Assembly (NCBI GenBank): GCA_918797485.1
Contig: CAKKNE010000004.1
Coordinates: 2,170,001 to 2,234,000, forward strand
DNA: 64,000 bases
DNA from: Pelagomonas calceolata
Lineage: Eukaryota
Direction: 5' to 3'
Of this stretch, positions 52,446 to 61,360 are shown piece after piece. Made by a program: the position numbers and the translations under genes. How positions within the stretch are numbered: the first letter of the stretch is position 1; every line of letters begins with the position of its first letter. The notes under the pieces are model-generated. The model was given only the letters and a program-made list of their open reading frames with translations, did no database searches and was not told the DNA's origin.

Positions 52446-52927
52446 TTTTTGCTTGGCGTTTGGGCGCTGCCTGCGTGCGTGGCGGTCTCGTACGGAGCGA
52501 GGTGGTAGCGCGCGGCGAGAACGTGATCGCGGCGGTCTCGCGCGCAGCCCTTTGCATTTTCTGACGCCGCTGGCGTGCCGTTCACAGCCAAAACACGAAG
52601 ACAAGGCGACTGCCAACTTTGTCGAGGTGACGAGCTGGGGCGGCTTCGCGGAGCCGTCGGTGGGGTGGGACTACGTGCTGCCATGGGCGGGGGAGGATAG
52701 AAACGTCGAGCTATTTCGTGCGGGGTCGCCCTGCCAGCCGCGTTGCGCTCGGAGAGCGGCGGGCAAGGGCTGCCCTTCCGCGCGCCACGGACGCGGCGCT
52801 TCCGGCGCGGCGACCCCTGTGCCGTCGCCGCCGGCGCGGGCAGCCACAAGCGCTCGAGCTCCGGCCCGGGGCAGCGCGAGCACCTGAGGGCGCCCCGCCA
52901 GACGCCGCCGCGGCGAGCAGCACAAGC

Positions 52928-55900
52928 ATGGGCCTCGCCGAGCGCCTCGCGGCGCATCAAAACAAGGAAGAGGAGGACGACCGCCCTCTAACGGAAGACG
53001 AGGAGCTCGCCAAGAGGATGGCCGAGCGGTCCTGGGCGGAGCGCCAGGAGGAACCGGAGGGCCTCAAGCGGATTAAGCGCATGGGCAAGCAGATGGCGCC
53101 GGATCGCACGTCAGCCCATCTGGCCATGCGCTTCGGGGCACGAGCAGCTCTGCTCGAAGCGTTCCGCGACGCGCGGAAGCAGCAAATCGCCAAGGGCAAG
53201 GCCACACCCATGACGGGAACCTCGACAGTAGCGACGATGGAGGCGACGATGACGGACCACCAGAAGGCCCAGATCTGGCGGTTCTTTAATTCTCAAACAC
53301 AGATGGGCCTCGAGATTCCCTTCTGGCTGGCCCTGGATTGTTTGATGCAGCGCGAGCTCTGTGGGCGGGCTTGTCTCGGACGAGCGCCTCTCGATAGGGA
53401 AGCGTGGGTCGTCGGCAAGAAGCAGGAGAAGATGTACGTTGTTGTAAAAGGTTCCGCTTGTGTCGTCGAAGCGTCGGACGGCGGGGGGACACCTTCTGGA
53501 GGAACGATGGCTTCTGAGGAGGAAGCGACAGACAAGGCCATGGTCGAGGGGCCGGTCTGGAGGAAAGATCCTGCGAACGATTTGCGGAGGGCCTCGCACG
53601 TGTTCGGGTGTCTCAAGGTGCCCGACGCCGTCCAGGAATGCCTGACGAAGGCCTGTTCCGATGCTAGGAAGCTCCGGTCCTTCCTACTGAAGGAGATCGA
53701 CCGTTCAATAGAGTTTGATGCGTTACTCGTGAAGGAAGGGTTTCCCATTGAAATTGGATTGACGAGGACGCCTCGAGAAGGCGACGCGACCTTCCTGACC
53801 GCTGAAGAGCCTCCACAGGAGGAGGAAGAGCCTCCCCAGGAAGAATCTTCGGAGGACGAGGACTCGGATGATCCTGATGTCATAAAAAGACGGGACGAGG
53901 CGAATGCGGACGAGGACGCGTTGTCTGATGTCGACCACGCCGAAGCTTCTAGGGTGATGAAGTCACTCGATGTCATGGCTCAGAACCAAAGATTGGCTAT
54001 AGTGGAGATCGAGGCCGCTTTGCCAGGTTTTCCTGATAAATTATTTGGCAACTTTTTACTGGAGCAGTTCAAATCATTGGATGTGAATTCCGACGGGGAG
54101 ATCGAGTTGAAAGAATTAGCGGAGTGCTGTCGGCGGTGGCGGAAGATTCGGAGGGACAAGGAGCGGTCGCTGGAGCGGAAAGAGGCGAAGCGACTGCGCC
54201 GGGAGGCGCGCTGGAAACAAGCTCTGGAGGAGCAGGTGAAGCCCGAGTACCGGTTCGGCTTGGATCCGTGTCCCACGCCATCGACGCGATGTCTCACTGG
54301 TTGATGTCCACGCAGGTTTGGACGCGGCCGAGGACGAGCCCGACGAGGACAACTCGTGGCAGGACTGGACGTGGGATAAACCCCTGGGGGCCAAGTTTTC
54401 TGCTGGTGCCGAATATTTGTCGTTCAGGACCGGACGGTCGTGGGACCGGCTCTGGAAGGACGCGCAAGAACCGGCAGTCGCTCCCGGACCGGTCGGCCGA
54501 TTGACGCCGTCGGAAGTCCTAGCTTTACGAGCGCGGGGCCTGGGCTTTCTCGCACCACACGCGCAAATTAGAGAATTAGATTGCAACGATCTACTGGTGG
54601 ACGAAAGCACGAAGCCCTCGGAGGTCTTTTTGACGCTGGACGGCACCGTGGCCATCGAGATGCGACGGGAACTCGACGAGGACGACGACGCGGGCGTCCA
54701 CGCCGCCGTCGAGAAGGGCTTGTTCCGGGACACGGTCACTTTAGCTGTCTTGCCGGCGCCTGTGTTGGTGGGTGAGTTCGCGTCGATCGACGGCTTTGGC
54801 AGGAAGCAGTACTGCAAGGTCACGGCGCTCGGGGATTTGCCCGTCCATGCTGGCGTGAATGATGATGATCTGAAATTGGATGCAGCAGAAAAAGACGTGG
54901 ACCCGGGCACGGGCAAACGTAGAATACGAAAAGGGACGCGCGTTCTCGCGATCTCGGCCAAGTTGTTCGAGAAGCTCCTGGCGCAGCGGCCCGAGGAGAA
55001 GCGAGCTCTTGAGAAAGCGGCTCTGATTAAGAGAGCGTGGCTCGACGAGCGCAAGAAGCATCGCTGCGAGGTTCGACGTAGGAGGAATCGCGCGCGGAAG
55101 AAGCGGCTGTCGCTCGGTGAGGACGACCAGTCCACCGTCGTCACGGGGGGGCTGTCTCATGCCGCTCCGGAGTTCACAGGAAGTCGTTATTGGAAGCTCT
55201 GGTCCTGCGGTGCTGTCCTAGCGAAGGGCGCCGAGGACTTGCCTTGGAAAGCTGAGGCATTAAGAACGGACGACAATAACCCGTTATGCGTCCCGCCGTC
55301 CTTCTACTCGGGTGCTGTCTTAGATTTTGATGAAGCACAATTAGCTATGGACTTGGTGGTGGATCCGCCGGACGACGCGGACGTGGAAGATGCCGCGGCG
55401 CGCGCGCGGAAGATCCGGATGGAGGTGTCGCTGGCCGATACGGGTGCGCTAGGATCGTTTTCCTTACCGGGGTTGTTTGATGAGCTGGAGGAGGACGGCG
55501 GCGTGAAGTCGCCGCTGCAGCACTGGAAGGAGGTTCGCTGCCAGCGTCCACCTTCAATGAACGCGCCATCGACGCGCGCCGTCGCCGCACGGGTGATCGA
55601 GACCCCACCAAGACGCCATCGCCGCGACTCACTGGTTGATGTCCACCCAGGTCCTGCCCGAGGAGCGCGAAGCTTTATTGCCGCCCGACGAGCACGACTA
55701 TGTGATGCGCCAGGAGAAGGTCCGGCCGCCCTCGATCACCCAGTTGAAGGCCGTGGCGAAGACGCCGTTCCTCATGCCTTATCCCTCGATGACTTTGAAC
55801 CGAACTCTGTTAGGAGTGAACCTGCCGGAATGCTCAAAATTGGAATTACCCGCGAAGCAGTGCGACGACTCGAAGCCGCCTGTTCTGGATCCCCAAGCTA

Positions 55901-56601
55901 GACGGGACCTGGCCGCTGTGGGTCTCGCAAGGAGACGAGCTAAGCTCGGGAGGAACACAATGCGCGACCCGCGAGATGATACAAAACGAAATAAGATGTT
56001 GTTGGGAGGCTTCCCGGGCAACTATAAACCTAAACAACAGGAGGTTGACGCAGCTTTCAAGTTCAAGCCTAAAGAACCGAAAGCAGGGGTCGTTATGGCG
56101 GGTCCGGGCTACAAGGCCGCGAAGGAAATGGTCCGCGACGACGACCGCAGGCCGATCCACTCGAATCTTGGCGATGCTCTTCACAGTCTAGTGGGCGTGC
56201 GCGGCGCGCAGATCAGCGACATGTCGGAAACGTTCGCGCGGACGCGGCGCGAAGAAGCGGCCGCTTTGCGCGAAGCTCGCTTAGATGGCACATATAGAGA
56301 GCCCTGGGACATCGAGCCCGAATTACTACGGTCGACGCAGGAGGTGCTCGCGGACGGTCTGAAGTCCTTCGAAAAGACGTCGACGGAAAAGTGGCCGACG
56401 GTCCGGGAGCTCTCACCCAGGCGAGCCGCGGCGAAGGTCGGCGAGATGACGGCGCCGTACGAGTACGGCGCCGCGCCGCCGCCGGACCGCAGCTCGACGC
56501 CGGGGCCGATGTTCCGCTTCCAGGCCGCGGCGCCGACGGTGTCGAGAAAGTCGGTGCGGGGGTCCTTGCGGACGACGCCTACGCCGAGTCTTTCTTCGTA
56601 A
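52928..56601 (+). CDS. Large protein with EF-hand and degenerate split cNMP-binding-like regions; introns about 54258/54270-54315 and 55533-55650
   Basis: Three consecutive ORFs joined by two introns with the same 3' end; EF-hand FKSLDVNSDGEIELKEL; MYVVVKGS and VFLTLDGTV..VGEF motifs. Confidence 0.75.
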
Positions 56602-56619
56602 GTTTTGTTAGTACACCGT

Positions 56620-57245
56620 TTACGCGCTCCCCGGCGGCGTCCCGCGGGCGCGGAGCGCGGCTCGCGACTTTGGTAGTTCGGCCTCTATGTCCTTGGTGAG
56701 CGGATGCGCGCTCCCGAGGACGCGCCGCGCGAGCCGCGCCGTCTCCTCGAGCGTCGTCAGCGCCTCGTGGAGATCATCGAGCGTAGCGCCGTCGTCTTTG
56801 TAGAGCGCCTTCGCGTAATTCCACTTCATCCTGTGCGTGAGAGCATTACTATCTCCGAGAACACGTTGCGCCACGGGTATCGATTTTTGAAAAAGTGATT
56901 TGGCTTCTTCGAAGCGCTCCAGGTCATGCAGCGTCGCCGCGTAGTTGTTGTTTGCCATGAGGGTATCTTCACTTTCCTCGCCAAAAAGCTCCAGACGTCT
57001 TGAACATACGTCCTGTCGCAGACGAACGGCCTCTTCAAACCGTCCAAGCTCTTCATACGTGGTTGCGAGATTGCCCTGTATGGCAAGAATGTGTACTTCT
57101 GATGTACCAAGGCGCCGCGCCGTAGCCAACTCTGCCTCTTTAACAAGTAATGCGTCGTTGTCGTGGTTTACAGCGGCTAAACCGAGCCCTAGCAGGTTCA
57201 GCGCCAATATCCGAGGTTGGGCCCCCTCCGGCCGCCCCAACGGTT
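56620..57245 (-). pseudogene. 5'-truncated TPR/kinesin-light-chain-like repeat gene
   Basis: LGRPE..QGNLATTY..LGRFEEA..NNYA..RFEEAK..RRVLGSAHP; same family as 13070..13930 but lacks the Cys-rich N-terminus and a 5' ATG. Confidence 0.6.
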
Positions 57246-57562
57246 GCCGCACGCTCAGCCGCCTCCGCTTCAAATCCAAAAGCGGCGACTACAACGGCTG
57301 TGTCGCCCTCTACGGCAGGAACAACGGCTACTCCAGCGGTGGAAGCCCGATTCAGATGCAAAATTGTGTCTTAGATGATAACAAGGGCGGCCAGCGCCAG
57401 AACGTCCAGATTCCCGGAAGTGGTCGCAAGGACGCCAAGGGCAAGCTCGACTTCTATCTGACGAGCGATTTGTGCATCGGTTCGGTTAAAGGGTCCGTTA
57501 GCGACAACAAGCACGTGTACTCGGACCAGTGCCGTACTGAGTACATCGTCAAGCGCGTCTAG
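57245..57562 (+). pseudogene. 3' fragment of a Cys-containing (ricin-B/beta-trefoil-like) extracellular domain
   Basis: GCVAL..GSPIQMQNC..Q..LCIG..VYSDQC pattern with GC3 bias; no start or promoter, abuts the TPR fragment. Confidence 0.35.
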
Positions 57563-57912
57563 ACAACCGCAGCAACTGGCACCAAGGCCACACCTTCCCC
57601 ACCATTCCCCACCACCCCGCGCGCGCCCGCTTATAAATAAACTACAACAAAAATAATACTGGCACGAACCCCGGGCGCGCCCCTCCGGGTAGGGCGCCGC
57701 TATCGCGCGGCGACCCCCGACGCGCCACCGTCGCGGCCCTGGTCGCGGCCCTGGAATTCCGATGTCCGGCTTGCTCCCCCTCGCCGTCGTCGCCTCCGAG
57801 CTAACACTCGGGGCGACGGCGTACGAGGGCGGGGGCGGGGCGGGCGTTCGGTCACGCAGCGCCCGCGGCGGCCAGGTAGCTAGACGGCCTAGCTCGCAAG
57901 CAAGCAATAAAA

Positions 57913-58452
57913 TCAAGCGATCTGCCCGCAGTCATTAATAAGCACCGTCCGCGCCGTCTTGCCCTCTTTCGACCCGACGCGCTCGATGGCCTTGACCACG
58001 TCCAAGCCCTTCGTGACCTTGCCGAAGACCACGTGCTTTCCATCCAAAAAGGACGTCGGCCCCGTGCAGACGAAGAACTGTGAACTATTGGTACCGGGGC
58101 CCGCGTTCGCCATCGACAGCGTGCCCGCGCCCGCGTGCTTTAACCTAAAATTCTCGTCGTCGAACTGCGGGCCGTAGATCGAGAGGCCGCCCGTGCCATT
58201 GCCCCGCGTGATGTCGCCGCCCTGGCACATGAAGCCGGGGATCACGCGGTGGAACGAGCAGCCGCGGAACCAGAGCAGCTTATTGGTTCGCACGTCGACG
58301 CCCCGCTCGCCCGTGCAGAGGCACCGGAAGTTCTCCGCGGTCTTCGGGACGACGTCGGCGCGCAGCGTCATCTCGATGCGCCCAGCCACGAGGCCGCCGA
58401 TGGTCATATCAAAATAAACGACGGGGTTCGTCGTGCTCGCGTAGGCGGACAT
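57913..58452 (-). CDS. Cyclophilin-type peptidyl-prolyl isomerase
   Basis: [45 protein letters not shown]. Confidence 0.95.
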   Translation of the reverse strand: MSAYASTTNPVVYFDMTIGGLVAGRIEMTLRADVVPKTAENFRCLCTGERGVDVRTNKLLWFRGCSFHRVIPGFMCQGGDITRGNGTGGLSIYGPQFDDENFRLKHAGAGTLSMANAGPGTNSSQFFVCTGPTSFLDGKHVVFGKVTKGLDVVKAIERVGSKEGKTARTVLINDCGQIA

Positions 58453-58743
58453 TTTGCTGGGGCGCGTCGATGGCGTCACGCTGGGTCGCGTCGATGGCGT
58501 GCGCGGCAGCGATGCGCTGCTCTCGGCAGCAGCTCTCCTGCCAAGTAGAGTGGTCCTGACGGTACGGCACGAAGCGGTGCTCGTACTTCCGCAGGAAATC
58601 AGGAGGTGTACGGAGCTGTGTCAGAGTGCGGCGGTGGCGTTGTTTGACTGCTTTTCAGCGGTCACAGCTCCTGTGCAGATTGCTAGTGTCTTACGGCCGC
58701 TAGCCTAAACGTGCGGGAAACGATATATGTCACAAAACTTAAC

Positions 58744-59304
58744 TTAGGAATAATCCCTGACAGGCGGCGGCAGCTCCCCACAATCGTAGATCACGCACGG
58801 CGCCCGCGTCTTCCCCGACACGCCGCCCTGGTGCTCGATCGCTTTCACGACGTCCATGCCGTCCGTCACGGACCCAAACACCACATGCTTGCCATCCAGC
58901 CAGTCGTGCACGTCCAAGTTGATAAAAAACTGCGACGCGTTCGTGTCCCTTCCTCTATTCGCCATCGATAAAATCCCAGCCCCCACGTGCTTCAAGGCGA
59001 AGTTCTCGTCCGCGAAGGCCTCGCCGTAGATCGACAACCCATTGGCGCCCGTCCCATCAATAATGTCGCCGCCCTGGCAGATGAACCCCGGGATCACGCG
59101 ATGAAAAACGGACCCCTTGAACGTCAGCTTCTTGCCGTTTGCATCCCGCTTCTCGCCCGTGCAGAGACATCGAAAGTTCTCCGCCGTCCGCGACACGACG
59201 TCGGCCCGCAGACTCATCACGATCCTGCCCATCTTCTGGCCGCCGATCGATATATCGAAGAAGACCCTAGGGTTCAACTTCGCGTCGCGGCCGTTGTGAG
59301 CCAT
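58744..59304 (-). CDS. Cyclophilin-type peptidyl-prolyl isomerase (tandem paralog)
   Basis: [43 protein letters not shown]. Confidence 0.95.
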   Translation of the reverse strand: MAHNGRDAKLNPRVFFDISIGGQKMGRIVMSLRADVVSRTAENFRCLCTGEKRDANGKKLTFKGSVFHRVIPGFICQGGDIIDGTGANGLSIYGEAFADENFALKHVGAGILSMANRGRDTNASQFFINLDVHDWLDGKHVVFGSVTDGMDVVKAIEHQGGVSGKTRAPCVIYDCGELPPPVRDYS

Positions 59305-59683
59305 TGGTGTTGTTTGTGGCAGCCCGCGTCGATGGCGTGCTGTGGGATGCTAGTTGGGCAGCCGCCGCGCACGGGCTAGAAACGACTTATGCGATACACT
59401 TATAACTCAAGGGCAGCCCACCGGCTCGTGCGCTAATTTTTGCAGCGCTTGGATAAAAAAACGAGCTAGCGTCATGTAAGGCCACTAGCAAGCAAAGCAG
59501 ACAGCCGCGGCCTGGTCGCTGCGCGCCTACGGCTCACGCATCGATCTCCTGAGGAGTTCAGGGCAGCGCTGCGACCGCCAAATCTCAGGCGCGCCGCACG
59601 ACTTCCCGCCCCGCGCCCGTTCTCGACCCAGGGTCACAAGAGGCCTGTCGAAGACCTAGGTCACCGCGCGCCCCTACGAAACG

Positions 59684-60886
59684 ATGGCCGACGCCGACGC
59701 CGCGATCGCGTCGTTCATGGCCATCACCGGCTCGGCCGACGAGAACACGGCGCGCTTCTGGGTCGACGCCGCGGGCGGCAACGTCGAGCTCGCCGTGGGC
59801 AATTTTTTGGATGGCAACAATGCGGGCGGCGCCGCCGCGCCGCCGCCGCAGGACGACGCCGCGGTCGCGGCAGCTTTACATGCACGGGAGATGGAGCACG
59901 AGGTCCGCGCGCCGGACTCTGTCAAAAGAGGGCGACTCCTCGCGGACTTCCCGGGCGCCGACGACGACGAGGACGCGTACACGCCGGGCGCCGGCGCGTT
60001 CGACGACGACGAGGACGACGAAGAGGCGGAAAAGCCGGCGGGCGGCCTGTCGTCCATCTTCGCGCCGCCGACGGAGCTCACGCATTCCGGAGACTTCCAG
60101 AAGGCCCGGGCCGACGGCAAGGCCCAGAAGAAGTGGTTATTAGTAGTAATCACGAACGAGGCCGTGTTCGCGTGCCACGAGATGAATCGCGACTGCTGGA
60201 GCGACGACACGGTCCGGGCCGTCGTCGAGGCGTCGTTCATCTTGTGGCTGCGGCCGCACACGGACCCCCAAGCCTCGACCTACTGCGACCGCTACGACCG
60301 CGACCGCGCGCTGCCTTTACAGGGGGGCTACTCGGCGCACCCTGTGCACCCGCATTTAGCTGTTGTCGACCCGCGAACCGGGCGGCGCGTCTGGACCAAG
60401 GACGGCAAGGTGTCCAGGGATCGGCTCGTCGAGCTGCTGTCGGACATCACGGAGCGCCACTCGCTCGAGGAGCTCGCGCCCGTCCAGGTGGCGCCCCGCG
60501 CGGCGACGCCGCCCCCGCCGGCTCCGCTCGTCGGCGGCGCGGCCCTCGGCGGCGGCGTGGGTTCGGCCTTCGCCGCGCCGCCGCCGCCGCCCGCACCGCC
60601 GCCGCCGCCGGCGGACCCCTGGGCCGACGCCGTGCTCTCGCCCGAGCCCGCGGCCGGTGGCGTCATGGTCGCGTTCCGCGGCCCGGGCATCCAGCGAAAA
60701 CGCCGCTTCGTCGAGACGGACGCCGTCGCGGCGCTCTTCAAGTACGTCCAGGCCGAGGCGAAGCCGGCCGGCGGCTTCGACCTGCTCTGCGGCTTCCCGC
60801 CGCGGCAGCTCGCGCCGATGGCGTCCACGCCGCTCAAGGACGCGGACGTCCACGGCCAGGCGGTCCAGATGAAGCTGACGTCCTAG
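59684..60886 (+). CDS. UBX-domain p97 adaptor (UBXN7/Ubx5-like)
   Basis: N-terminal UBA-like, VRAP, IFAPP, UAS domain (KWLLV..F.C..MNRD.W, DPRTG), C-terminal UBX with R..GFPP. Confidence 0.9.
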   Translation: MADADAAIASFMAITGSADENTARFWVDAAGGNVELAVGNFLDGNNAGGAAAPPPQDDAAVAAALHAREMEHEVRAPDSVKRGRLLADFPGADDDEDAYTPGAGAFDDDEDDEEAEKPAGGLSSIFAPPTELTHSGDFQKARADGKAQKKWLLVVITNEAVFACHEMNRDCWSDDTVRAVVEASFILWLRPHTDPQASTYCDRYDRDRALPLQGGYSAHPVHPHLAVVDPRTGRRVWTKDGKVSRDRLVELLSDITERHSLEELAPVQVAPRAATPPPPAPLVGGAALGGGVGSAFAAPPPPPAPPPPPADPWADAVLSPEPAAGGVMVAFRGPGIQRKRRFVETDAVAALFKYVQAEAKPAGGFDLLCGFPPRQLAPMASTPLKDADVHGQAVQMKLTS

Positions 60887-61360
60887 GCACGGCGGTGGCG
60901 TTGTTCCCCTCGTAAAAACGCATTCGTGTACTTAACCGGCGGAGGGCCCTGTCGGGTTTTCTCCACTGGGCGTCCAGCCTCTGGTTTGCGAACCGAGCGG
61001 GGGATCGACGCGTTACCGCCGTTATTCGCCGCGCGTCCGTAACCGCCGCAACCGCGCCGCGCGACTCGGTGAAACAGCAATAAAAGAACAAGTGCTCTCT
61101 CTTCACTTAGAGAGCAGCCACACTTGAGAGTACTCTCTGAAGCCGAGAGACGAAGAAGATGGAGATCCCGCCCCCACACATACTCGCCCAGCTGGACGCT
61201 ATCATCGTCGGTCAGTCGAGGGCCACGAACGACGGCGGCGGTTCCGTCGACGCGCCCGCGCAACTGAGCCAGTATCTCGGCTAATGGATCAAGAAAAACT
61301 TACGAGCAACCGTCGAGCCTGGGTCGTCCTAGCACCGTAACAGATATAGATATAGATACC

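Noticed and set aside
1769..60886. Genome-wide reassignment of UAG to a sense codon
   Set aside because: Conserved proteins end at TAG at their expected C-termini, and I found no in-frame TAG inside a conserved domain in this window.
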